DNA from: Marsupella aquatica
Taxonomy: Eukaryota > Plantae > Marchantiophyta
Length of the DNA stretch: 64,000 bases
Direction of reading: 5' to 3'
NCBI GenBank assembly: GCA_973895155.1
Contig: OZ316896.1
Span: 806,001-870,000, forward strand
Position numbers and translations under genes: made by a program. Below the pieces are notes generated by a model. The model saw only the letters and a program-made list of their open reading frames with translations, made no database searches and was not told where the DNA came from. Below, piece by piece: positions 1 to 14,400 of this stretch (its first letter is position 1; every line of letters starts with the position of its first letter).

Positions 1-196
1 ACAAAGTAAAGGAAGGGAATCAATTGCCAAACTTGCTCGTCTGCCGTCCGGATTCCTATCAAGCTCTCATGCGTAAGAGCGTTAATTTGAGTCGTTCCCT
101 TGAATGGTTACGCATCTCCTGCTAAAATCGACGAAGAAAACACTGTAAAAAGTTCTCGGATGACCTCTGCAGGGGTCGAGTGAACGAGAGAGTTAC

Positions 197-1025
197 CTTC
201 TAAGAAATCCGAGAACTGGATGAGGAAGTCGTTCAGCTGGTCTTTATACAAGTAACCTACCGCTCCGAATCCGCCCAATAGAATAACGAAACCTAAACCG
301 GCTGCAACCGTCCCTATGGCCGCTGTGTTGCCGAATCCACCATCACCCTTCTCCGTGGCAACAACAGGGCTCACTTCCTCCGATGCCAAGGAATCTGTTT
401 TCAAAACCCCCTCCTTCTCAGAGAGAAGATCCTTTTCTTCCGCAAGCTCTCCGCTTTGACTCCCACTCTCATTATCCCCTTGCTCGTCTCCGCTTCTCGT
501 GATGGTCAATCTTTGGCGTGAAGCTTCTGCAGGATCCGTCAGGACGTCCCTACTACTGTCCTTCGCTGAGGACGCTTTCCATCGCGTTTCTCCTTTCTGA
601 TCACTAGTCCAAATCCTACCCCACTCTCCAAACCCAAACCCATTACGACCCTTCTTCTTATGCAATATTGATGATGATGATGATATAAGCCTTCCTGTGT
701 AGATATGAAGTTTTCCTCTTCCTCCAGCTGCACCTGCTGCTACTGGCGCTGCTTGAGAACAAAACGATGAAGCAATTGCTGAACAGAAATTTACTGATCG
801 AATTGCTTCAGGCGGAGCCAACGACGAGGCTGATGTAGAGGCGATCATTGTGGCCGAACCAGCCTCGCACTTGCACTTGCGGCGACTCACATCACTCTTA
901 AATCGGCAATTTAGAGCACCAGAAGGATAAGCAGGGGGAGAAGAACATGAAGAAGAAGCTGAAGAAGGTGAAAGAGATGGATAAGTGGGAGAAAAGCCTG
1001 ATGGCAGACCCAAGACCACGGCCAT
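197..1025 (-). CDS. Exon 1 of a plastid-targeted TVP38/TMEM64 (SNARE-associated Golgi, slr0305-like) membrane protein; the gene continues past the left edge of the window
   Basis: ATG at 1025 and a Ser/Ala-rich transit-peptide-like N-terminus. A hydrophobic segment LGFVILLGGFGAVGYLYKDQLNDFLIQFSDFLEG matches the recalled plant slr0305-family start. GT donor at 196 (GAAG|GTAACT). Confidence 0.8.
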
Positions 1026-4000
1026 AAATCCGAATCAAAGATTAACCCCTCAATGCAACACTCACGGCAGGTTGCCCGCTTTTCTAGGCTCTTTCCACAG
1101 ACCCACACCCAAATCTAGCTCCAGAGAGTCTTACAACCAAATTCTCTTCCCTTCCCCTCGATACGATACGACACAGCAGAGCTTGCAGGCAGACGGCAGC
1201 CCACTGCCATAAATCCAAATCAGTCAATCAATCGCCCACCTCGCCAATGTAACGTTCATGGCCAATTGACCACTCCTCTACGATCTTTCCACAGACCGAC
1301 ACGCAAATCCAGCTGCAAAGCTTCCGGTTCTTGCCAAATCGTCGTCCTCCTCCGTGTGGTCACGTGCCCATCGTTCCAATTACACTCTCCACTTTTTCCA
1401 CTTCGTTCCAGTCCGTAACTTTGAAGTAGTAGCCTATGGACATAGCTCACAATCTGCAAACAAAGGCATATGCCGGTCAGGATTCGGCTCCTGGCTATGC
1501 CTCCATGAATTGTGCCACCTCAAAAGCTATGAGCTCAAAAAACAAAGCGTGGGTGATTCTGCTGCAACGTGACGTCTGTGACATAGCTGAGGTTGTCACT
1601 GGGACTGTAACCCAGCGGACGATTGTTTTCGCTTTCGCAATTACGAGGTGACACTTGTAAAGTGGAGTGAGATCGCTTTTAGCTTTCGCGATTTCAATTG
1701 GACGCGATCGGAGGACAGGTGTCATACCTCAGATCCTACGATGCGGTACTCTTGCCATCCATGCAGAGGACCGGTCCTCCGCCACTGACGGCGGTCTACA
1801 TGCCCGACCAGAGGTCTCGGGATGGAGAGACGATTTTTGTGGACGGCTGGGATTTAGGGGATTCAGAAGTGACCACGATGGCCAGGTCCCATTGGAGGAC
1901 GTGTAACACTCACCAATACCAAAAATCGAGACTTATGACATTGTCACTTTTGTTTATCGAAACATATATTTTGCCATTGTTTTTAGTTTAACTATTATTT
2001 TGCCACTTTTTTCTCCAATGTCTAGTAAGCAAATTAGCTCGAAACAATCCAAGGGGCAACATTGAACCAGGTTTGATACCAGGTGACCATCCATGTCCTC
2101 TACCCTGACCATAATTACCTTTCCAGCCCTTGACATTGGGTTTGGTCTCCCACTTTGCTCCTGCCCAACCCTCCAGCCCTTGACATTGAATTGGGTCTCT
2201 TACTTTGCTCCTATCTCAACCCGCTCTGCCCCCTCCTGGTTGGCAGTCCCACTCCCCCATCTCCCCTGGTCGAGGGTGGGCAAGATTGTTGAGGTTATTG
2301 TGAGGATGGTGATGACCATCCAATGATGAAAAGTGGCTGGATGCTGACTGTTGGGTCAATCCAAGCTAGCTAGAGTTAATCTGCTTAACCAACTGTGGAA
2401 AAAGGTGGCAACCTCTGTGGCACTAAATCTCAGATAGCAAAAATTCATACAGGTAGTCACTTAAGAGAAAAGGGCTCCTCGGCTGCCATTAATAAACTTA
2501 TTTTTGGTGGCAAAAAAAAATTGCTTGGTCCCTGACACAAAGACAGAAATCAGCACCATTGGTGAGTCTAGCTACATAATCAATTGTATAGTCAATTTTA
2601 TTTGGCAAACCAATTACATATGGTCAAACAGAAATGTATTTGTGATCTTTGGTATACATGATGATTGTGTCATTGGCAACCATCTCATCTAAAAACTTTG
2701 GAATCAAAAAACAAAATTTATGAACGTTGGATTAAAATGGGTTTGCCATAATATTACTCATACTATTGGGCCTTCAAAGGATTCTAGGAAAGCTTTGAAA
2801 TCTAAAATAGTGGTAGTATAAAACATTAGTTTGGAAATACTATTTTATAGGAAGATATCACTGTACCATATGAAAAACTTGGATGATGTTCTTTAAATTT
2901 ACCACAATGCTACTAACCAAAATTCTTTTGAATGCTTTATAGTAGTGCATTTTCACCAATTGTATTAATACGATAAGCTCAGATAGGACCCATCCCAAAC
3001 CTTTTGATCCTATAGGATTTCTAAGCTTGCGTGGGATCAATGATAATATGTTTTCTTGCTAGCATCATACGGACTAGAGTTACAAAGGTTAGTTTGGAAT
3101 GTCATCTGAGTTCAAAGGTTTAGATGGAGATCCCTTGTGATCTAATGTCTCAATTTATGAACTTGCATCCAACTGTTAGTGGAATTTAATTTGTTCTATG
3201 CACAGATATCAGATTCTCATCATTGTATGGTGGGCCCGAGAAACTGTAGTAGTTACAAAGTATTAGATTGTGCACAACCGGAAATGTTCAAACCGGGTGG
3301 TTAGAGTAGTGCCAAGAAAATGTATCCAAGAATCAGTGATATACTTGCAGTCCCATCACTCCTAAGAGAATACCCTCTTTAAGTCTACTGCTTGTAGAAA
3401 ACTAACACTACTTTGGAAAATCTCAAGGCCTGAAACTCGACCGAATGCTGAAGAACTTCTCAATATATGAGCGGAACAAAACTATTATTGTTTCACAACC
3501 GAAGCTTACTAAGAATGTGAGTACTATACGCCGGGGAGCAACAAATCAATCTAAAGTAGGAGACTTCATGATAATTATGCTGATTTGTCGCATCTGCTCT
3601 CACGTATTCACTTGAGATTGACTTGATTCCTCAATAAGCTTTTCTGTTTTGAGTGATTTGGTTGGACTGATGAAGGATTGGAAGTAATTAGCACTCAGCC
3701 TCAATATAGGCACTGATGCACTAGGTGGAGTAGCCAATGATCCATCAAAGTTGATTTACTCCGCTGATTGTATATGCATTTCAAGCTTTATTGCTATGGA
3801 AAAAGTAGTCAACACCTTTTGTGCTAGCAATGTGCAGCAAAATTTGTAACAGACTTCACAGAGGAGTTTCTTGTGTTAGCAATCAATTGGAAGGCACAAT
3901 TGTCTCATTTCATTCCTTATCACAACTGTGATAATGCATGTACAGAAAAATGTGAAAAGGGCAAGAGAGACTAAACTACTCCAAAAGGGCATCACAACAC

Positions 4001-4034
4001 CACGGGATATATCCAACAAATTTCTAGCACACAG

Positions 4035-6298
4035 ATGGCTGGCTTGAAGATTGATACTGGTACCTTGCCAAAGGCATTTTCACCCTCTGGAACTTCATGC
4101 AGGCACAATTCATCTGCCCCTCAGGTACATACATTTATTTCCCTTCGCTTGAGTATCACCTGCTTTATCAACCCAGGAAAGCATAAGTCTAACATTGTTG
4201 CTTTTTCAAATTGGCCTACCCTTCTCGCACCAGATCTAACACTTGACTTGTGCATACAACTAACTAAGCTATTCTAGCTACCGTAAATGTGGGGATGTTT
4301 CAATCGGACTGAGAGCCACAATAATGACACATGATGATGAAAGAAACTCCACCTGGAAGGGAAGGGAGATTAAGTTTAAGTCTGTAACTTGTAAATACCC
4401 ACTGACTCGTCCTTGCATTTCTCATGTGCAGTACTTGGACTTTCCATTGGTTGGAAATATTGCGCCCGATTTTGAAGCTGAGGCCGTCTTCCACCAGGAG
4501 TTTGTCAAGGTATTTTAGGATCATAAGTGTGGAAATGTTTTGCTAAGTTGCACATCCGCACAAAGCTCACTTGGGAATCTTCCATACTCTTTGCAAAGGA
4601 TAATCTATTAGTTTTGGTTTTAGGAGTGCATAGCTTATGTTGTCTGTTCTCTCATAGATATTTAGTTTAAGACAAATTTTATGGTGTTCTCTGCAGATCA
4701 AACTTTCAAATTACATTGGAAAGAAATATGTGGTGGTTTTCTTCTACCCTCTTGATTTCACCTTTGTGTGCCCTACAGGTAATCAATCACAGCCTCTCAA
4801 ATTACTAGATGATAGGATAGTCTCAAGAAGTAAAAGATTGCTTGAATTTGGAGGACAATTTCTATTGTGCAGACAGTCAATTTTGGTCAATTTCATTTGT
4901 CACGTCTAATCCACCAAGTTGCCTGCTTCTCTGATTTGACTCTTTCCCCTATCTTTTTTCTCAGAGATCATAGCTTTTAGTGACAAATACCCAGAATTTG
5001 AAAAGCTCAACATAGAAGTAATTGGGGTCTCTACAGACAGTGTGGTAAGCTTCGCTCACTATATTCATGACCATTGTATTTGTTGGCTTATTTATTTCTC
5101 ATACTATCTAATTTTCAGTTTTTCATCACAAAAATTTACAGCTAGTATCAAGCTAAGGAACTAATTCAATTTATCTGTCCAGTTTTCCCATCTTGCTTGG
5201 GTCCAAACAGATAGGAAGTCTGGAGGTATCGGTGAATTAAAATACCCTCTTGTCTCGGATCTTACTAAAAAGATTTCAAAAGACTTCAATGTCTTGATTC
5301 CTGACCAGGTATATCTCCTAACAATTAAAGATTACAGAACACTATAATTGCATCTGTTCATGGAAACCAAACCAGCAGTGTTATAAACACCTCCTACCAA
5401 ATATTATGATACGACAAAGGAAAGAAGATGAGAACCTCAAATGGCTTTTATTTTATAGTGGGGGCCATGAACATGTAATTCTCCTTGTTAGCACATAGAC
5501 TGGCCCCCAAAACCATTTCCATATGATAAAGTTTCAGGCTCAAAAGGAGGGAATGGCATTGCCCTGATCCTCCCTAACCATGAATCTGAGTTGCCTAAAG
5601 TGCCAGTTTCTGTGTTCATAAAGTCAATTCCTCAATATCTGTTGCAAAACTTATAAACTAGTCCACTAACATGGTCTAATTATTAAAAAGTGGATCCTAT
5701 TGTATTTGAGGGTTGCACAGGGCATCGCACTTCGTGGTTTGTTTATTATTGACAAGGAGGGCATTGTCCAACATGCCACCATCAACAACTTGGCAATTGG
5801 CCGCAGTGTGGATGAGACTCTTCGCACCTTGCAGGTATACTAATCTAGAGAGCATCTGTATGGGCAAGTCTGTGGGCTACCGACCTACTGGGGACTCTAT
5901 TTTGCCTAGTACATAATATTGGCCAAAAGCACTTTCTTATACCAGCATGGTCATAGGTAGGTAGTACAGGTTTGTTAATCCCTTTTGTTTGGACTGTTTT
6001 GCACCTTTAACACTTTTTTGTCACCACACTTTTGACTTTTCTGTTGAATATGGATGGGGACTCCTTCCAATGATCTCTTCCTTGTCCTGCAGTAGTTTGC
6101 CATGCAATTCCATACTTAGAATCAAACTTGTCGTACCAGGCTGTACAATATGTGCAGGAGAACCCGGACGAGGTTTGCCCTGCAGGGTGGAGGCCAGGTG
6201 AAAAGACAATGAAGCCGGACTCCAAGCTCAGCAAGGAATACTTTGCTGCTGTAGAGAAAGACAATGCTAGCCCTTTAAAACAAGAGCATGGAACATAG
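4035..6298 (+). CDS. BAS1: 2-Cys peroxiredoxin (BAS1-type), exons 4035-4124 (uncertain), 4432-4509, 4697-4778, 4965-5044, 5183-5308, 5721-5834, 6140-6298
   Basis: Spliced translation gives [30 protein letters not shown] (peroxidatic Cys), [31 protein letters not shown] and EVCPAGW (resolving Cys)...SKEYF. All junctions are GT-AG and in phase. The 5' end is uncertain because an AG acceptor lies immediately before the 4035 ATG. Confidence 0.95.
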
Positions 6299-6844
6299 GT
6301 TTGGAGTTGAGAAGATTTAGCAAGAGTGGATGAATCTGTATCATACTACAGCTAGCCTTAATACCATAGCTTTGCTTGTAAATATATGGTGACTATCACT
6401 ATGCCCATGTCCAGTTCCTCCTGCCACTGTAGTTGTGCACTCAGAGTCACTGTCTAGAGGTTTCACTCTAGAACATACCGCCCTTAACCTAGTTTTTTTT
6501 TATCACTCTTTGTTAGATAGATTGTTGCCTACAAAGCCAACATTCTTAATTCATGAAGTGCAAAATAACATGTGATATGAACATAGATCTTGGAGAGGGG
6601 GTGAATGATGTGTTCAAAAGCATGAAAAACATGCTAACTCCCATTCTAAGAAGCTCACCAATATCATTATATGAGACTGGGAAGATATTGTAAGCTCCCC
6701 CATTGTATCACATCTTGTCCATTGAGGAAGTTCACCACCAGTGAGACTGGCCATCTAAGCTTTCATTGGGGGCATTCTTGGTGGCTAGTCAATTTTAATT
6801 TGGAATTGGAGGATTGAAGCATGAGATCAAAAGAATAAATGAAA

Positions 6845-6922
6845 ATGCTAATTATTTTGAGCAACTACATTACTAGCTATGCTAATTATTTTGAGCAACT
6901 ATACTACTACTGTAGCTAATTG
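6845..6922. repeat. Short tandem duplication (about 34-bp unit GCTAATTATTTTGAGCAACTA...)
   Basis: Two full copies and a partial third are visible directly. Confidence 0.7.
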
Positions 6923-8599
6923 TCTTTTAAGGGGAATAATAACGAGACTATAGATGGAAAATGCAATAGAATAATGAAGAAGACTCGATGAAACTAAAAG
7001 GATCGAGAGAAGACTTTGAAAGGATTCTCAAAAACATGTAGTCATCAATATTAGCATACAAAGTTTTAAAGTCAATTCTTGGACTTTCAAAATACACATA
7101 CCCCTAACAATTTGCATCTATATTTTAGTACTAAGATTAGTTACCATGCCATTATTTCCAGATGAAATTCAATTTTCTCTGTGCTTATTCTATTTGTTAG
7201 AATGCGTTTGTTTTAATCTGCAGTCAACGGGATTAGTCTGTTTTAAATCAACAGCCCAGATTGTGTTCTTGCATCCCTACCGTTGCCCAAGGTACAACCT
7301 GGATCTCCTACTAGGTCTAAAGCAAAAGAAAGGTCTTACTCCATCAGTCCTGACCTAAGTCATTCATAGTCACCAACACAACGCTTGGTACAATAGTCTA
7401 TGTGGCAGGCACATTAGGGCATGTCAAAATTTAAATGGTAGTGTTTTCAACATCCAGAAAATTTCAAGACTTCAGTCTAGTAATTTGGGGGCATTGATTT
7501 CCCTATTATTCTGAAGAGTTGTTGGACATTGGACATTCGTTCCCTACATGCTACCTCTTTGGATATCCTTGCAGATGCCACCTCAAGGGATGAACTTTTG
7601 CACTTATCAAGAATTGCAGTTATCAGTCTGTCTTGTTCAAAAAATCATTCTTTTTCACAGAAGAGTATTGCACCTATGAGGTATAGAGAGAAGCTCCAAT
7701 TTATGGAACTAAGTGGAAGCTCGGTTTGGTAACAAATGAAATATTTAAATATACTTGCATAACACAATTTACATTTCTATTTCAAAGATGACATGTAAAT
7801 ATGCAATTGAACTGCAATAGAAGGTTTTCAGTGGCCTCTTCTAGTACTCTGTCCATGCATCAGCCTCACTTCTTTTTCAAATGAAGGAGTTGGGTTCCTT
7901 GGTGACCATGGTGAACATGTATGTAGCCATTTACACTTCCACACCATGCCATTGTGAAGTTTTGGGTGGATTGTGACACCATAAATTTCCTGTGTCCAGC
8001 TTAGCAGAGTCAAATGTTTGCATCCATTTGAGCTTCCCCTTTATAATTTATGCATTAACTTTTTTGTTCCACAATTTGTTTTTGCAATATTATTAGTGTG
8101 GGATTTCATTTGTCAAAGTTGCACTCATACCCATTGTACTCTTATTAGGGTCTCCAGGTGACTGACTCCTTGCCCAAAGGTTAGCTTTGGTCACTCGGGG
8201 TTTCAGTGCTTGCTTGGCCGTGCTGCGGTGTCGCGCTAAATTCTTTGGCCCCTTGGGTTTGTTTCCCTTGTTTCTTTCAGTTTTCTTGCATTAGGAAATC
8301 TCAAACCTTCGTAGTTACGGTCCATGGCTTTTGTTCATAAAGAAATGGCTGAGTTAGTGGTGGTGGTGTGTACTTAAACTCCCATTTCCATCCCATGACC
8401 CCTGAAAATTTGGGTCATATAACATTTCAGCTTGAGAGGCCGCCCTCGTCTTTTGAGATTGGTATTGGTACTATCTGGACTTCTTTTGTTTGTATTGCAT
8501 TGTACTTTGTTCACCATTTTTAGGAAATTGTTCCCTTTTCGGGTAAAAGACCCCCTATTGAATTGATTTTGTTGCCTTTCCTAAGGGGGGCAAAGGTGT

Positions 8600-9300
8600 C
8601 TCTTATCTCTCTCTTTCACGTGCATGAACAGTCTCGACTGCGTGTTCGGAAGCTTCGGTGGATGTGTTTTGCGCCCGTTTAGTTCCCCTGATTCTCTCGC
8701 CCTTCTCCCCCCCCCCCAAGTCCCCCCTGTTCACCTCCCCTCGGCCCCGCCCGTGCGTGTCCTTATCGTCATACCCCTGCCCTTCTTTCCATTCATTCAT
8801 TCTTTCCTTTCCCATGCACTCCAACCTTTCCATTCTCTTCGTCTCATTTCATTTCTTTCATTTGCAAACTTTCTTTTCATCGTCAGTCCTCCAGTCTCTT
8901 CCTTTCCTTTCGCAAAGTATTTCCCATCCACTTTCCTTTGAGCCAACTTTCCTTTCCTTCAGCAAAGTTCTTTTCATCTTTTTGTTTGCGCTCGGAAATT
9001 TATTTTCATCCCTTGTCCTCAACTGCCTTCCGTTCCTTTCATTTGGCAAACTTCTTTTCATCCTCGTTCCTCTATTCTCATCGCTCCTTTCCTTTCCTTT
9101 GGCAAAATTCTTTTCACCCTCTTTCTTTCTTTCTTTCTTTCTTTCTTTTTTGTTTGCGTTCACGAAGATCCCTTTTTTTATAGTTCGCCCCCTTTTGGCG
9201 AACTTCTTTTCATCCGCTTTCCTCCGTTGTCTTCTTTCCGTCTTTTCGGTCGCGTTTGCGTTCCCGTTCGGGTCCCGTGCCTTTCCTTTCCCGAAGGATT
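8600..9300 (+). repeat. Pyrimidine-rich (TC/TTTC) low-complexity tract upstream of the eIF4B-like gene
   Basis: Strong strand-biased T/C composition with recurring TTTCCTTT..GCAAA.TTCTTTTCATC units. The Phe/Ser-rich ORFs here are compositional artefacts. Confidence 0.75.
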
Positions 9301-11430
9301 ACGATGAGTGTGCAGCTCCCTCTCTCCGTTTGATTTTGTCACACATCCACCGTGTCCAAGTACCCTAACCCGACTTTAGGTGCTGCAGTGTAGAGTCGCC
9401 ACGGAGCGAGAACGAAAGTGAGAGAAGGGGCTGAGCCATTTTCCTTCCATCTTCGACAATCGGTATGTTGCGTCCTGCCTGCGTTGCTTCATTGTACCTC
9501 GATTTACCGTTCGCACGTTCGTTTTTCATATTCTGTGGTTTTTTTTGCGTCTCTATTTCCGTCTCCGTTTGGTCTCTCGATGCGCAGTCTTTGTTTTGGC
9601 ATCAGTTTCTCGCATTGCGTTTGTGTATGCTGTCTGTCGTCTTAACAATAATTTCTGCGTCTTCTCTCGCATTTCGCGTTTGCGGATCGGCGATCGATTT
9701 GTGTCGAGTGAATGAATGCTGGAGTCGTTAGATGACCTGAATCGTTGACTGATCTGATTTGCGGGTTTTGACCTGCGCAGCAGCATCGGCTTGAGAACTG
9801 TAGACTGCTTTTTCTCGTGGTACCGGACGAAAGTGCTTGCTTGCTTCCGAGAGCGCCTGCTTCCCCGAGAGGGGCAGGCTTCTTTGGTCCGAAGGCCAAG
9901 GGCTACGTTTTGCTGCTGCAGCAGCAGCTGTTGTTGCTATCTGGTACCTTTTCTAAACTCTCCATTCCTTCGCCATTCCAAGAATCGCTTCGTTCAATAT
10001 GATTTCATTCTTCATCTTTCCGACTGTTTCTGCTTCCGTTACAGTTTGTCAGAGAGTGATTTTTGAAGTGTCTGTCATATTTTAGTGACTAGGTTCAACT
10101 TGGTTTGATCTTGATTCTGCTTTTTCTTAAGATCTGAAATGCTTGCACGCACTTTACGCATCGTTGTCCCTGGCTGTATGCCGTTCTTGGAGATTGCTTG
10201 GTCGTCTAGAGTTGACCTAACTGTCAGGCGGCGTGGCGCTGCTGCATTTTTGTTCGTTCTTTGGTACCTCTGATCGGCCGAAGATTAGGTCATACAAGCC
10301 TCGTGGTCTGGTTGCCTCGGTCTGTCTCAGCGTGTTTTAAAGTAGCGCCATTTCCATGTATCACATTCATATTTTATCTCCCTTTGCATCATTGTGTATC
10401 ACGGCGAACCATCTTTGATAAGCGAATGGATTTGAATGTCTTCGTCGTTGGTTCATCCCGGTCGTTTTTGGCTGCGGTTTCGTGCCCTTTTCTTCACCGT
10501 GTATCATGTGCAAGGCTCGTAATTAGTTGTTCAGTATGTTTTTGGTCTCCATCGTCACGGTCAGACAAACGCTTGAACGGGTTCTAGTGTCGTTGTTTTT
10601 GCTTAGTCAGCTTAGTTCCTCGTGGTCGATGGGTAGTATGTCGATACCCTTTCTTCATTAATTCACTTCGATTTGTTTAGGTTTAAATAAATCTGGCTCA
10701 CAGTCTGGCTGCATCTGTTGTAAGAGATTGGAAATTGAAAGCCTCCTGTTGCGTTCATTGCATTCCCTTGGGCATCTCGGATGACCACCGGGCCCGTCAA
10801 TCACGTCATCTGCAAGAAGCGGTTTCTCTTCTGATCGTGTCCAAATCCGGGTTTAATGTTTATAACTTCATGTCGTACCCAGTTGTTATTTTTTTTCGCA
10901 TAGAAATGCCATAGCCGAGTGGTGTATCAGCTGATTTGCATTCCGTCTCGAGTCCAGCGGATGCTCTTTTTCTACTATCTCGAAAATCCACTCGGATGTG
11001 TTCAATGGTCACTTGTCATCCGTCTGAGTGTTTTTTTATCAGGGTTTTACTGGTTGAGAAAGTGAACATACTTATCTGGACGAGCTCTTTTGTAGAATGT
11101 CTCTGGGGACATGTTACAGGTCCTGCTATGTACCCTTCTGGATTCGATTGTGATTTTGTGCAATTCCTCTACGTTGTGAACATATTGACGACCTGGGTTG
11201 TCCCATCCATTTTGTTTATCTGAACCTCCCTTCCTATTCTTCAATTTACGCTCTTATTGCGTTGTTCCTAATGACTGATTCGTGCACGTTTTGACTTCCC
11301 TGCTGTTCAGGATTCCCTTAGAAGTTAGTAGCAGCGCGAGAGCTGTTTAGGACCCATCCATTTCTTGTCGCCTCCTTCGGCTTCTGCAACGATACGAATG
11401 CTCCTTGGTGAATCTGGTGGTGAGGCCAAG

Positions 11431-14400
11431 ATGTCAAAGAAAAAGGTGGCTTCGCGTTCAGCCATGACCCTGAAGGATTTCCATGGAGGCTCAATCCCGT
11501 CGGATCTGCCACTGCCCTCTGCTCCCGGAATGTGAGTTTCTTTGTTCTATGTACCGATTTTCCGGATTTCAGTCCGTTTGCTGCTCCACGTCCCAAATGG
11601 ATAGTTAGGTCTCTTACGTTCTGCTCTGCTCCTGATAGGCCTAATCATCAACATTGATGATGTGTGATGCGAGTGCAGGACTGTTGACCGTAGCGTATTC
11701 GAAAGGCAAGGATCCGGAACTTGGATGAGCCCTACTCTGGGTCGAGGCTACAGCAATGATCGGAGCGGGTACAACAGACAAGGATCCTCCAGTGGGGTGC
11801 GGACACTCGAAGACAAAGCTTCATATTTCCCAAACCCAGCCAACATTGGCCGCAATTACGACGAAGACGAGCGTAAACCTGTTGACAGCCGCCCGCGGAG
11901 CAGCCACAGTGCAGATCGATTTGATGATCATTCCTATGACGAAAGGCGAGGAGGAGGATATGCGGTGGATAGATATGCCCTTGAAGATCAAGCAAACTAC
12001 TCTGATTCTCGAGGCTCCGGTACCAGTGATCGGTTCCCCCGTTCTCAGGTCACAGGAGGTGGGTTGGAGACTGACATCTACGTCCACGACGAGTTCGGAT
12101 TAATTCCGGTCGGTCCGCCTCCTTCACGTGTGCTTTCTCCTCATGACATTCCTTCTCGGCCTCAGGTGTCGTCGTACCAACGAGAGATTGTGCCTGAGCC
12201 TCGGGTAGAGCAGTCCTCGTATATACAAATCCAGCAGCAGATACCCTCTGCCCCTCCTTCCCAGATTGCTGCCTCACCTCCACGCTCTTGGAGGAATCCT
12301 GTGCAACAAATCTCTGCAACTGCTCCCGTACCCGAATCTGGGACCAATGTGTGGACTGCTAGAAGAGATGGTGGGGATTTGAACAGGACGCAAGCTCCCG
12401 AAGTCACAAGTGATAGCCAGGGTGCCGCAAGTCCTTGGCGTCCCCATAGCATAGTAGGAAGGGCTGTAGACAAGGTGTCTTCAGGACGGTGGCAGTCAGA
12501 TTCGTCTCGCCCTTCCCCAGGACGGTGGCCGACGGACTCGTCTCGGGAATCTGTCACCAAGCTATCCGCAACTGAGGAACAGGGTGCAGGCTATGGTACT
12601 TACGGAGCTGATAATGCTCGGCAGAATTATAGTGAAGATCCCGTTGAAAGACACAGATATGTTAATACAGACTCAGAGAGGGTTGCTCACTCCGGGACTG
12701 GTAGAGTCCCTTATGATGACGGTAGGCCAGATCTGATTGACCAAAACAAGGCTGGCTACAGGGATGCGGGCAGGGCCGACTTCGTATCTGGCGGAATTGG
12801 TAGTACATCCAGCAATGGGCTGTCCATACCCTCTGAGCTAGTAGCAGACCGCACCAGGTACGCAGAGGGTGGAGAGGGTTCTTTGTCGACTACCACTGAG
12901 ACTAGTCGTCAATCGTCACAACCTGAGGTCACGGAGAGGCCGAAGTTGAAGCTTCTTCCTCGCTCCAAGCCATTGGAGAAAATAGAGACACCTAGTGCGG
13001 AGAGTGAGAATGTAGTGGGCTTCGAGGTATGACCGTTTGAACATCCAAATTAATCTCTTTTATGATGATTTGCTCCGTAGTGGGGCTATATTTCGTGTAG
13101 CGTTGCCAGATATTGTTTCCCGGCGTCTTTTGGTCCGCCTCATCAATTTTGTGAATTTGCCCGTGATACAGGAAAGTGTTAGAAACGTGCGTGGCATATC
13201 TGATAACAGACAGCAGACAGAGGTCCCGAATGCGGAGGGTGTACTTCCTAAACGAGAGCCTGTTGGCACCAATGACGAAGCCGACCGGGCCGAGCGCCCG
13301 AAATTGAACTTGAAGCCTCGCTCTCAACCTCAAGAGCCAGAGCCAGCCGAAGGCTCTCAGAAAGTTAGGTCTGTATGCAGCTTTCCAGATGCCTTCCAAT
13401 CCCAATATGTGTTAATGGTGGTACGTGCCCTCGAGATTTTGTGGGCATATGTAGGGCGGGGTGATGAATTTTCAGTGGGTTTTTGCTTCGCCTTAATCTT
13501 TTGAATGACTGAAAATAAGTTTGTCTTTTCTGTATTCAGGAAATTGGTGTTTGGCGGTGCACGCCCCCGGGAACTGGTAAGTTGAATTGATATGTTTCTC
13601 TGAAAAGAGATATCATGGAATACCGTTGTTAGATCTTCTTTGAGACTCTCTGTCACGGTGTTCTGAAGTAGCATTGCATTGTGCTGTTAGTTTGACCTTG
13701 ACCAAGTCCATTCTCTCATCCTCTGGTCGTGGAACCTAATGCGGAGCAGGTCTTAAAAGAGCGAGGTGTTGACGAAGTTGTAGATGCTGCCCTAAGCCCA
13801 GGAGTAGCCAGGTATTTTCCGTCAGTTCTTTCTATCTTTAAGTGCTGAAGTGCGGGCCAACCTATTTCTTTTTCATTGCGTTGATTTGTGGATTGAGGAA
13901 AATTCCTGTCGTGCTTTACCTATGCCGTCAAATCAGTGCTTGGAGGATTATGTTCCAATTAGAGTTTATGGATTTATCTCCGGTCCACTGTTGGGGGACG
14001 CATTGTCCTTTGGTTCTCAGTGGGCCATTTTGTACCTTCGAATCATATCTTGTAAAGCTCGGTCTGGCCGTAGGCACTGGACGTCCATAGGCTACGATGG
14101 CTATGTTGTCAATATGATGTAATTGTGTGGTCTTGCAGCTTACCAACGGCAGCGACCCCTGTTGCCAAAGCGGAGTCAGGCAGTGTCGCAAAGACTGAAA
14201 GGCCAGACACTAGGTCAGATGAGAAGTATGAAAACAGGCGATATGAGCGTCCGGAGAGATCCTATGAACGGCAAGGGAGTCACCCTGTCGACAGACAAGA
14301 AAACAGTCGTGCAGATAGGGGACCTGATGGTAAATGGGATCGGGAGAAGGACAGTCAGCGGGAGCAAGAAAGGGCGGACGGTCCTCGAAGACGAGAGTTT

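Noticed and set aside
7880-8600. Possible second, very decayed CRE-like 3' end (faint F..MPL.SFG similarity) before the TC tract
   Set aside because: The similarity is too weak to support by eye; it needs tBLASTn with the 38-39 kb protein.
8603-9368. Long Phe/Ser-rich and Lys/Arg-rich ORFs (up to 236 aa)
   Set aside because: Artefacts of a TC-rich low-complexity tract, with non-ATG starts and no domain motifs.
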